From positions 33,172,001-33,236,000 of the forward strand of contig NC_087447.1 of assembly GCF_036321535.1 (NCBI RefSeq): a stretch of DNA of 64,000 nucleotides, read 5' to 3'. Of the stretch, positions 13,486 to 25,578 are shown piece after piece. The DNA comes from Camelus dromedarius. Lineage: Eukaryota. The number at the start of each line of letters is the position of its first letter. The first letter of the stretch is position 1. A program made the position numbers and the translations under genes. A model generated the notes under the pieces. The model searched no databases and was not told the origin of the DNA. It saw only the letters and a list, made by a program, of their open reading frames with translations.

Positions 13486-15679
13486 ACCTCACCCTTGGTT
13501 TCAGGGCTTGTCAGCCTTGCATTCCCTTGCTCTCCAATTACAGCATGTTCTGCCACTGAAACCACTGGTCCTAGTTAGCAGTCTACTCAGGCCAGTTCTT
13601 CAGTGACTCTCTCTCTGCCTTCAGATCAAGTTTAGTTCTTGAAGTGGACATCCGGGCCTTCCACCTGCTGTGGCTGCTACCTTCACTGCCGTTACGCTCC
13701 TGAACCAGACACACTAAGAGCAACAGACGTCTGGGGTGAAAATGTCCACTTCTCCTTGTACCCAGGAGCCTTCCCCTGGGAATAAGACCCTAGTGACAAA
13801 GTAGGAAGGAAAACCACAGCATGGGAGAGAGGATGCCATTGCTCAGGGATAAAACCTGTATTCACTCTGTCTTTCTAGATCTCTAGGTAGACAGATAGAT
13901 AGATAATCTGACCGATTTGGAAACCCACAGCTTCCCACGAGCTGTTTGGGAAGAGCTTATGTTCTCAGTTGCAGTCTCCAACACAAAAAGAGGTGCAGGG
14001 ATGTGAGCGTGAATGCAGATTTCACATATCTCAAATTCCCTGACTCAGTCATAATCTAAGTCTCCTTAGATTCAATCTGCAACAAAAATAGTGGTTCACT
14101 TCTAATTTCCATTTCACAGGAACTTATCCTAGGGTGTTCCCTTCCTCTTCCACAGCATCATTCCCATGGTCCACTACGTGGCCCACTCGAGGTTTCCTGC
14201 AAAGCAGTTATATATACCGTTCTGCCCTTGTCAAGCTGCTTCCCTTAGAGATGCCTCCATTCCTTAAGCTCACACATTCTCCCCAAAATGATCCCCAGCT
14301 CTCCACTGTCCTTCCCTTTCTCCCTTGTTTTGAGACAGCATTTTGAGATGTGATGTGTGTCCTTCCTTTCAATCCAGATTTGACACTTTCCCTTTTTCTG
14401 CTTTTCTGAGTCTATTCCTTATTTATCTCCCTTTTCCCTACTTTTTGCTACTGGTGGCCCCATGGTCCATTTCCTTGCTCTCTGTCCTTCCACTGGTCTT
14501 AGGACGCAGACCTCTTTCACCAGGTCAACATGGCATCATCTCTTTTACCTTCCAAGTCTCACCTGCTGCTCTACGCTGAAACCTCGATGGATAGTTCAGT
14601 ACCCTTGAGACTTTACAATGGAGAGTCTGTCTACAGAGAGCTTCTTGGAAAGAAACATCACCTAACTGTGGCTTGGGATTCTTTGAACTCACAGATTGGT
14701 CCACACCCGTAACTGCACAACTGTCCAAGTTCGCCTTATGTTAGCTTTATGTCAGTCTCAACAGGCTGGGACTGAGACATCAGTCTGGATAAATTCATTA
14801 AGCCTATGGGTAGTTTTACTGTTTGAGGGGTGCTGTTTACGCTTCCCATGACATCAACTTAGATGTGAAACTCAGCTCCTCCCTTAACTCCTGAAGTAAT
14901 GAAATAAAGAGGGAAAGAGCTGAAAAAGGAAAAGCACCCTCATAATATGTGTCTGTATAAGAAGATACATTGACATTTAAGAGGAAAGCCTTACCTCCCA
15001 GCTATGCCAACATAACACACTGAACATAAGATATCCTTGGTCTTACAAGTGCTCTGTCACTCCACTACTTAGGATTTTCTGCTAGCCATTTCACCCACAC
15101 AATGTCCCAACATCACATCACATCGCTGGCTGTTCTCTCCCCTCTGCTCTCCTTTCTCCTCCATCAACTTCACAGGCCTGTATCCTGCTACGGTCAACTA
15201 CTCACTCCTTCCATTCCTCAATTCCAGCCACTGAGCTTAATGAATTCTTTTCCTCAACAAAAAAATCTCTCTCAGAGAGGAATTCTCTGACCAGCTATTA
15301 AGATAATAAAAAGTTTGCCCTGCTACACAACGTTTATCCAGAATTGTCCTCAAGCTCCAGTAAGTGAGGGCAAAGTTATCTTCGATTCTGGCGCTTAATG
15401 GCCAAATCCAGACTCAAGAAGGCTACTGCTAAGAGCATAAAGAAGGAGTTTGGCCTGGAAACACATGCATACAGTCACTGCATAAATCCTCACCCAGACC
15501 GTCCTCTTCTGCCTGCATCCCACTCAAGCTGCCCTTTTGAGAATATTTGTACATTGGTATGTATCTCAACCTCATCCTACTTACATATAACTCAGGCCCA
15601 GAAGGAAGCACACTCAGCTCCCAGATGCCTGGGGACAGTTTTATTTATGTCACACTGTGCTCCTTTTCCACGGGGCCCA

Positions 15680-15960
15680 TGTATCAGTTAGGATTAGGCT
15701 TCAGCAACAAAAAACAGTGACTTGATTATGAGGGCTTAAATACTGAAGTTTATTTCTCTCCCAGGCAAAGCAATTCAGAGGCAGGTAGTCCAAGAGTGAA
15801 TGATATGCTGGTTCCATGGTCAGCAGGACCCAAGCTCCTTCACTGTATCCTATTCTAGGTGAGAAAGAGGCAGCAAGAGGAAAAGGCTGAAGAAACCGAC
15901 TCCAGGCTGAACTTCCAGGAACAGTTCCCCAAACCACACCACAGAACTGCCCCACCAAGG
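15680..15960 (-). mobile_element. Old MaLR/ERVL LTR fragment (MLT1- or LTR33-like)
   Basis: tgtatcagttaggattaggcttcagc...ggcttaaa...gaagtttatttctctc...gaggcaggtagtcc...ggacccaagctcctt. Confidence 0.6.
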
Positions 15961-18078
15961 AGGATGCTGCCTAGGCTGCACTCAGGAGGCTACAGAATCA
16001 GAAAGCTGCCACCATCCCAGAACCATTCTCACTTTGCCAGGATCAGAAAGGTGTGAAATCAGAAAGGCACCAGAAAAAAACCAGAAAACTGATACCACTG
16101 CCTCTGCCATGATTTAAGCCAGCATGATGGAAACCTCTGTCACTTTATTTCCTCCCACAAAACTCATTTCCTGATCAAAGCCTCCAAGAACTCACCCATC
16201 TGGCCAACCCTGAGTCATACTTAGCCATGCTTGGGACCTTGATAGTAGGGAATTTGGGAAATGTAGATTCAAGCATTCCAGCCAACATGGAACAGGAAGG
16301 CATACTGTTAGGAGTTGAACAGGTGTTGAGTGACACAACCCACTGTTTACCATCTATATTCCAGTATCACTCAATGCATTTTTCTTAAGAGGAATTGAAA
16401 GGCTCATCCTAACAGGAGATCTGCTAACCAGCAGTTATCCTCAGCTCGCAACGTTTGAAGGAATGGAGAAAAGAGACAGGGCTAGAATCTGGTTTCAGAG
16501 CATCTGCCCACGAGTCACGACTCTATTCAAGACTGACAGGAGAGATACAGAGAGAAAAAGAAGCAAGCAGGGGACATGAAATGGCGTTTGCACCATTGCT
16601 TTCTGCGTTGCTAGGTGCTGAGAGTTTGCCCTCTGCTCTAAGCTACTGTTCTGTTTCCTTAATCACCTTCTTTATCATTCCTCCTTGGATTTATAAGGTT
16701 CAAATACTATTATCCATTTATCTTCACAGATTTCTTATTCAAAATTCACTGAAGCATAATTTATCTTTACCACATCTCTGTGCTGTCGGGAGGGACTGGC
16801 TTTTATTATCTGAGGCACAAAGAGGTTAACTGGCTCATCCAAGGTCACACAATGAGACAGAAGGATAAAACACCACCAGGGAGTGGCAACCCAATGGTAT
16901 GTGCTTCTTCCCAAAACTCTCCAGCTCTGAATGGTTAGAGAAAATCTAGGGTTTTGCTGGGAGGGGAGGCTTAGAGAGGGCACTAGGTTCAGACCATGTC
17001 CTGAAGGGACAATTAACTGAGTGTCAAAAATTTAAAATTTTCTAGTGAGATTTTACTTCTTTTGAGCTTTGAGATCTCCAATTTGATTTTTAAGATCAGT
17101 TAGTTTAATCAAGCAAGATTTTTCTCTGCAAAGACATCACGCGTGTGTGCAATGGATGTGCATGTGGCACAAGATGGAATAAAATTGAGTCTCCAATTTC
17201 TCAAAATGATCAAATTGACCATTTTTCATCTGTGAAAACTAAATCTTCCAAAGCACTCAGTTTCTTGCTCTCCTAGGACACAGGTAGACCACTTTGCAAA
17301 GTCTGTAACAACAATTATTCATGTATTTTCTCCAATGTGAATAGCAGAACATTCTGACGCATAATCTCAAAAAAAACTTAATCAGAATCTGCCGATCTGG
17401 CTTCAAAAACCAGTTCTGTCACCTGTACAACCTTGGAGTAAATTAAGTTCTCTGGGTCTCAGTTTTTCATTCCTAAAATGAGGATGATAGCTCTATGACC
17501 ACTAATCTCCCTTCTAACTTAAAAGTCTCCAATTTAACTCTGGAGAAAAAGTTTCCACTGAAGAGCTGGCAATGTACTAAAGTCTGAGTCTAAACCATTT
17601 AAATTCTTCTTTCTCTTCTTTATAATAATGACCTAAACAGGAAATAAATGATTGGATACATTTTACCATTTGAGAGCTTTATGAGCTGAAGCAAATGCCT
17701 TAGGGTTAATTAACTGCAGACTTTTAGCACTGTGGCTAAATCCCGGTCCAAAGCTGGTGATGGCCAAGAGAGATGACTGCCATAATAACTTTCCCAAGGC
17801 TTCTTCTGTGTATTGAAATAACAATAAAAGCAATTTTAACAGCAGTTATTAACCCCAATGTGTCCAAAAGTTCCAAGAGCTCTGTATATGTGGTCTCATG
17901 AAACCCTCCCATCTATGTTCCCATTTCATAGCACGTAGCATGAGTCTAATTCCATACTTAACTCCTGCAGAAGACCTGAGCCTTTGTGAAACAAGCCATC
18001 TTGTCTGTTTTAGAAGGCTTTGTAGTTCTCTCTGTTTTACTTTTAATCAGTATTCAGATTTTCATTAGGGTGCCCCCC

Positions 18079-18096
18079 CAACACACACACACACGT

Positions 18097-18127
<31 letters not shown>

Positions 18128-18130
18128 CAC
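18079..18130. repeat. Compound (CA)n/(CACG)n microsatellite
   Basis: Read directly from the sequence. Confidence 0.9.
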
Positions 18131-18139
18131 AGGTGCTTT

Positions 18140-18630
18140 AGGAGACATCAGTCCAACCCAGGCTCTTGAGATGAGCATGTGACTAAAACCAACACTAATC
18201 GCGGTAAACGCCGGCCACCACGTTTGGTGCGAGTGTGGACATACGAGCTGGGGGCTTCTGGGAAACAGGCTCCCTAGCTCTTCTGATAAGAGTTTCTCAG
18301 AGAACAGCCCTGTGTCTCCTCAGACATGAAAGAAAATGTGCTACTGGCACCCATTTTGGAATCACGATGAGATACTGAGACCCCAAGAGGCTTAGTACCA
18401 GGTTGCAGTCGTGGAAGTCAGAGCAGAGAGAAGAAAAAGAAGTGAAAGGAAAGGAACCAGGTCCTTTGACATCCCTGCACTGCTGTGTCAAACCAGCCCT
18501 CAAACTTGCTTGACCTCAGGACTTAAGTGTACATGAGTCAATAAATCTCCCTTACTGCATACGCTACTTTGAAATGCATTTGTTTGTTTGTTTGTTTGTT
18601 TACTACTTGCAACTGAATGTATCTTTAGCG
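18140..18630 (+). mobile_element. MLT1-type MaLR LTR
   Basis: gcatgtgact...ggggcttctgggaaa...catgagtcaataaatctcccttac...tacttgcaactgaa. Confidence 0.65.
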
Positions 18631-18669
18631 TCCACCACAGTACACAGAATATTTATTGGTCAAGTTTTT

Positions 18670-19130
18670 CATATAAACAAATATTTATTAAGTACCTACT
18701 CTGTGCCAGGCACTATTCTAGAAGCTAGTCTATAGCTCTGAGGAAAACTGACAGAAACCCTTGCCCTCTCGGAGTTTAGATTCTAGTGGCAGAACCAGAC
18801 CATAAATAAGGTGTCTGAGCAAAACACATACAGTGCTGGATACTGATACATTTTAAGGAGGAAAAGTACAAGAGGGAAGGGCAAAAGGAAGTGTCAGCAG
18901 GGACTCAGAAATCTCTGAAAGGTGGCCAGGGAAGCCTCAGTGAGATAAAGACTTTGGTTAGAGGCCTGAAGGAAGTGAGATGTCAGAGGGAAGGCATTCC
19001 AGGCAGAGGGAACAGCAAATACAGTGACCCTGAGTCCAGATGAGGACTGAACTGATGGTACCAGTCCCAGCCTCACTGGTCATGAGGGCACATTTAGAAA
19101 AATTGCAGCTGAGAGAAAGTATGAAAAAGG
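18670..19130 (-). mobile_element. L2 3' region
   Basis: caaatatttattaagtacctactctgtgccaggcactattctag...ccagggaagcctcagtgag...cattccaggcagagggaacagcaa. Confidence 0.85.
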
Positions 19131-21987
19131 GCCAATCTGTTACTTGATGAAGAAGGCTCGCTCCCCTATTTTGAGACAGTATTTTAGGGGGTGGAGGTGA
19201 GATGGGCTTGTCTGTTCTGACTCTACCCATGCCATCCCCGTGTTACCTAGAGGACACAATTCACTACGCCTCTGTTAGAAGAAGCACCACCCTCAGTATT
19301 TCCCACTTCTATTGTTCTCACAAAAGTACTCCAATGAAAACATCACGTGATAAACTGCATTATCATTCATTCATTGACTTAACTGAAACAGAGCCAAGTA
19401 TTTCCTAGAATATGATGAACTTTATGCTGGGATCCCTAATAATCCAAGAAACTTGACCCAAGACCACACACAGAGACCCCCTTGCACTGATACATTGCAA
19501 AGAGGAAGGACCCCTCCCTCAGCCACACTTTCAAACAGGAACTATCACACCTTCCTAATTACAAATCATCACATTCTTGGCTTTATTGTCGTTTGAATGG
19601 GCTTTTAAATGTTGCTAAGCACTCCTTGAGACAAACCACGCCTACTCACAGTTGAATTTCAAATTTCTTATGTTGACACCCCGAACTCCACAAGTCCCAA
19701 GAAGCATTCATGTCTCCTTTTGTTTTAAATGTTTTTCCAACAAGGTGGGAAAGAAGGAGAGAGAAGAAAAAGAAATGAAAGGAAAGAACCAGGGGGCAGA
19801 TTTCTGTTTCCAAGAGAAAATTTCGCAACAGGCTGCGCACCCAAAACAACATTTTAGGTCAAAACAAACCGCACATCCACTTCTCGCCTTCTTGTCGCTG
19901 TGTCTCCAGGTGATAGATGGTCTGCCTCTGTTGGTGCCCTGGCAGAGGAAGCATAATCTCTTTACAAATGCACAGGCTATTGCCGTGGAAATGAACATGA
20001 GGTAATAAATATATCATTATGAGCGCCATCGTATCTGGTAGGTGGGTAATGATAGCACTTTGCATTTAGAATCCTTTGGTGATTTATAAAACATTAACTT
20101 AGTAATCCTCCCACTGCCCTAGGGAGGAGAAGGGTGGTTTTACACCAGTTTTGCAGATGGGGAGACCGAGAGAGCAATTACGAGATTTCCCCAAGAGCAC
20201 TGAGGGAATGAGAATTAAACGCCATTCATGCAGAGCTCTCAACCCCAGATTTAGTTGCTTAATAATGCCATCGGGCTCTCCCCACTCTCAGATAGCAAAA
20301 CACCTTCGCAAAACAAAGTGCAGAGAAAGTGACAGAGCAATAAAGCATATACTATATTTCAAAGGCCCCTCCGGGGGGAAAACCTTACTTTTCTATTTAC
20401 ATAAGGTAGAACTGGTTTGCGAAAGATAGAGGAAGGAAAACTTGCTGCAGAAAACGTTCTGAAAGAAAAGCTGGATCTAGTGCCTTGCCAGGCGTGGATC
20501 TCTACAAGTATACACGGCTTTCACACTAGACCCCTCCCCCCGGATCCACCCTCTGAGCCTTCCTTCCAGTTTTACAATGAAAGGCTTCTGTCTACTTCCA
20601 CAAAGCCAGCTCCTCCATCCGCACCAGCCTGCCCACAAGGATGCCGTCCTCTTACGCAGCTTCAACTCACTTCTCCCATATAACCTTCAAATATTATTCA
20701 TCTTAAAAACCAAGTTGCGATTGGACAAAGTATCTTTCACTTGACCTTGCTGTCCCTTTTAGGTTTCTTGACAATTCTTTCTCCCACTTGACTGCCAAAA
20801 CCCTCCAAATTCTAACCATTGCTCAACTTTCTATCAAAATACCTCTTTTTGTACCTTGTTCTTGGACACAGCAATGATTCTGCTCTGTGGAAGATTGCCA
20901 GTGACTCTCTTCTAATCAAATACAACGGAATCTTTTCCACCTTCACATTTCGAAGTCTCTATATGCTCCCCCAGCAATGCTGCCAACCACCAGCTCTTTC
21001 ATCCTTTTGCTTCCATTTTATGATCTCTTGACTTCACTGCCACACTGACTGCCGTGCTTCCCCACCAACTCAAGGTCTTTATGTGGGGGTCTCCTCTAGG
21101 ACGCTGGCCTGATGCACTTTTCTCCGTGTATTTTAGGCAAAATGTTTTACATCAGTACTTTATTTCATCCTCAAACTCACTCTACGACATAATATTATGC
21201 ACATTATATAGATGAGAGATCAAACTTCAGGGAAGTTAGGAAATGTGCACAAGTTCATTTAGTTAGCAACCAGTTTCACTAGCTCCAAGCACTACACAGT
21301 CATACCCCCATACCCATGTATTTGGATTTGGCGTTCAAAAAGCAAGCTCCACTCAGTAGGCTGTTGTAGCCTGTACACAGCTGTCTCTCAAGGGATACTT
21401 CAAGCTGTGCCAGAATTCTTCCTCTGCCCGCGCCAATTCCATGGGCGGCGGGAGGGACACAAATGCCACTGAAGTCTCTAAAACTGCTTAAGAACAAGGA
21501 CTGTGTCAGCCACTACTATATCCCCAGCACACAAAGAGGGTCTGGAACGAAGCTGACATTCCAGAAATAGCTGCTGTTGAATGAAGGATTATGAGAATTG
21601 CCAAAATCAGGGATTTAAAAGTCAAGAAGCCAAAGCAGCATGGAAGCCTTTGTGGCTGAGGGTGTCCCACCCTCTCAAGAGCTCTCTCTGCCGGGCAGGT
21701 AAAACACCCCCCCGCCCCCCAGATCTACAGGCCTCGGCCTGCCTCTACCCTAGTCCCTCCACCCGGAAAGTCTCTCCTCGAGGTCCCAGCAGTAACTAAA
21801 TGCCATTTCACAGCTCCGAAACTGCTACCTCAAGGTTTTCTCTGATCATCCCAGCCTGAAGGGCTGCCTTTCCACTGACCTCCTCAGTCCCTCAAAGCAC
21901 TTAGAATCATAAGCTTCAAGAGGCCTTAAAACAGAGGCCTCCATCCTCAATTTACGGAAGAAGAAAGTGGACAGTTGTGTAAAGCAT

Positions 21988-22261
21988 CCCCCACACAGTG
22001 TTTTTGTTCTCTTTTCATTCTTATTTATTTGTATTGAAGTATAGTCAGTTTACAATGTTATGCTAACTTCTGGTATACAGCATAGTGACTCATTTATATA
22101 TATATGTATATATAGATATATTTATGTATATTCCTTTTCATATTTTTTATTATAGGCCATTACAACATATTGAATATAATTTCCCATGCTCTACAGCAGG
22201 AGCTTGTTGTTTATCTATTTTATATACAGTAGTGTGTATCTGCAAATCCTGAACTCCCAAA
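21988..22261 (-). mobile_element. Young L1 3' end inserted in a MIR
   Basis: attgaagtatagtcagtttacaatg...tatctgcaaatcctgaactccc. TSD tgtaaagcat at 21978-21987 and 22262-22271. Confidence 0.85.
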
Positions 22262-24369
22262 TGTAAAGCATTTTGTCCAAAGTCATAAAACTAGTCATAG
22301 TCCAAGACGAGACTTGAATATAGGTCTTCTGATTTAATTTCTACTCTTTTTGTGATCCTCCATCGCCTCTTGTCCCCTCCACTCACCCCCCTTACAGGCC
22401 AGCCCTTGAGGAAAGGCACCACGGGCAGCCATTACCATCACCCTGTAAGCAGCCATGTTGCTGCTTTGGATCTGTGGGCATCAGTTTAAACAAAGAAGCA
22501 GGGTGAGTGCCAGAGGTGTGACATTTGTCAACAAGTGTTCAAAAGCATCTACAAAACTCAGCATGAAAAGGACTTCAAAGGGGAGACCAGCTGTCCATCC
22601 CAAACCTGTATCTCCCCCATTCTCCTTCACAGAAATCTCCCGACATGCAAAGGAAGGGTCTTTGATCACTGGTACGATAATTCCAAGTCACAAGTTAATA
22701 GTGGTTAATAAAACATCATTATGGCCTGAGTCAATATGCAGAAGTCACATGAAATATTCAGTGAAAGAAACACTGCCAAAGAAAGAGTATTTCAGTAGGA
22801 TGTTCACACATTCTTTTAAAACATCAATTAAAAAGTTGTAAATATAAAACTAAAAGGCACCTTTAAAAAAAAAAGTTCTACAAATCAAACAAAATTGCAA
22901 AAATGCTCCAAATCGTTGTAGATGTGCATTTAAGGAAAAAAAGAAAAGGGAACAAAAAGTGCCTATTATTATGTCGGGCTCTGTGGACAAAGAGACAAAA
23001 AGCCATGATTCTTGGCTTCAAAGAGGTAAGCGCTTACTGGGCCCTCTGGACATCAGTTTATAATCTAACATTCCCCTGTGATAGATGAGAAAACTGAGGC
23101 CCAAAGAGATAAAATGACTTGCCTGGGGGTATGTACTGTGTTATCCTGGATTAAAGTAAGTCTCCGTAGTAACCAGTACAGAATTCTTTCCTCTCTACTC
23201 CATTCCTTTCGGCAAACTAATCCTTGGCATTTTTGTTGTGAGTGGTGATCCATCCACATTATTTGCTTACTATACATCACCCAAACAATTATACCCACAG
23301 AAGCTGTCTACTGACTTTATTATTATCATATGATGTATATAATATTATCATCTCTATATTAGAAATTATTTTCAGAAGTAAATAAATGGGTACCATATTT
23401 GAGTGAACATTGATGCCAGGCTGCAGGAGGAAAAAGTTCAGCATGAGGCACCGTGACACCCCAGGAGTGATGCTCAGTGTGGTACCACAGCCCACATTCA
23501 ATCGGGCTTCAAGACAATTACCTTATGTCATCAGATGTTCTCAGACAATCGTTCCTTTGGAGGCAAGCTGCACTGCTCATTGGTGCCCACAGTCTATCTA
23601 TGACCTGTCACTGTGCTGCCCACTTATGGACCGTGACCACAAGGTTAGTTCTGTGCATTTCATACACACAGTCCTCACTTTTCTTCCAGCTACAAGAACA
23701 AAGCCAATTGACTGCACAGCCCCAAAGAACTTACTGCCAACCAACATACACAAAATACTGACCCTCTTGCAAAAGCCTGTGTGTCTTGGGACCGATCGCA
23801 TAATGTGCTTGTCCTCGGCATTAAAAAGTCAGGGCTGTAACATTCTTTTCTTTTCTGAATTGTTTAGCAACAGCAGGGAAAATGGAACACCACAGATACA
23901 AAAATAAAGAAAAAAGCAAAGCTCTTTCAGCTTCCCGGCTGCTTAAAGATATCTTCTGGTCCTAACTCTAGAGTAGCCACATTTACCCTGTGGAATTAAA
24001 TGTGGAGACCTTGTTAACAGTAATGGGACATAAGAACTGAATTCCCTGCATGCTGCGTTCAAATGCCGCTTCCTGAACTCTGTTCTTCTCAAAAGGGTAT
24101 TGTCCTAGTAATGGCTCGGGCCATTCAAGCTACACTTTCTATTTAAAGAAAAAAATACAGTAACTTCCTGTTTATCCAATGGCCTGACTTCTGTCATCTT
24201 TAACTCTTAAGAAGATGGCCTTCCCAGAGTCTGTGTAAAGCAGTCTGTCTTTGCCACACATAACAGCCAATGAAGCCCATGCAATCTGTTCCCCTGGAGA
24301 GTACCAGACACTCGTGGGATGTCGAAGGGCTGATTGGAGTTTACTGATTCTACAAGCCTCCCTAGTGAA

Positions 24370-24750
24370 TCCTGTCACTGAGCAGCTGACTGCTCCCCAG
24401 CCGGGAACACTGTGATCCCACCGATCAGCAGGGCTCGTGCTTGCCTCACCCTTCTCTCTTGAGTCTTGGCTAAGTTGCCCCTCCTCCATGAGACCTTTCA
24501 GGACTACCCCACGTACAAGCGCATCACTGCCCGCCCTAGTGCCCCCGGCACCTTCCCTCACTTCCTTTCTCCCCACGGTTTTTATCACCTGGCATACTAG
24601 GTATTTACTGTGTATTGTTTGACTCCACCCAACTAGAGCCTGTGCTCCGCTGGTATCAGAATTTTTCGCTGCTTTATTCACTGGTCTATTCATAGCACCT
24701 AGGATAATACCTGACGCTCAGTAGATTTCTCAAATGATAATTGCTTAATA
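24370..24750 (+). mobile_element. L2a 3' end
   Basis: cctcctccatgagacctttc...ccaactaga...ttattcactg...atagcacctagga...cgctcagtagat. Confidence 0.75.
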
Positions 24751-24889
24751 AATTAATTAATTCAATGATGAATGAAAATCACTATCTGACGTCCAATATG
24801 GATGAAGGATGCAAGAACCATGGTAAATGTGATTTCTAGTTTGGCTTAGTAACAGGAAGAGATCTGTTCCCAATGGCATTTTTCTGCAA

Positions 24890-25578
24890 CTTTTTTTATT
24901 ATGGTAATGTACCCATAACATAAAATTGGCCATCATAACCTATTTTAAGTGTACAGTTTAGAGGTATGAAGTACTACATTCATAATGCACAATCCTCACT
25001 ACCATCCACCTCCAAAACTCTCTTCATCTTACAGAACGGAACCTCTACACCCACCAAACAAGAACTCCCCAGCCTGTAGCCACCACCCTCCTGCTTCCTG
25101 TCTCTGTGAATCTCACCACGCTAGGTTCCACATCTAGTAGAAGCATACTGTATTTGTCTTTTAGTGCCTGGCTTGTTTCACTTAGTTTAATGTTCCCTAC
25201 AATTTTTGCATGGCGTGGCACATATCAGAATGTCCCTGCTAAAAAGGCTGAGTAATACTCCACTGCATGTATAGACTACATTTTGCTTAGCCACTTATCT
25301 GCCGAGGGACACACAGGTGGCTTCCACCTTTTAGCTCGTGTTCAATGCCGCTAGTACCACGTACATACAAATCTCTCTTAAAGACCCTGCTTCCAATTCT
25401 TTTTAAAATACCCAGTTGTGGAACTGTTGGATCATATGACTTGTAATCTATTTCTAATTTTCTGAGGGACTACCAAACTGATTTCCACAGCAGCTGCGTG
25501 GTTTGACATCCCCACCAATGAGACACAAGAGTTCCAGATTTCTCCATATTCTCGCCAACGCTTGTTCCTTTCTGTCTT
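24890..25578 (-). mobile_element. Old L1 (L1MB-like) 3' region
   Basis: ttattatggtaa...cataacataaaatt...aaggctgagtaatactccactgcatgtatagactaca...ttctcgccaacgcttg. Confidence 0.85.

Noticed and set aside
14530..14712. 60-aa ATG ORF that looks protein-like (possible processed pseudogene)
   Set aside because: No recognisable homologue, poly-A tail or TSD.
23410..23907. 165-aa ORF in unique sequence
   Set aside because: No recognisable domain, non-ATG start, antisense to NELL1 and no supporting splice structure.
24172..24693. 173-aa ORF
   Set aside because: It lies largely in the antisense of an L2 fossil.
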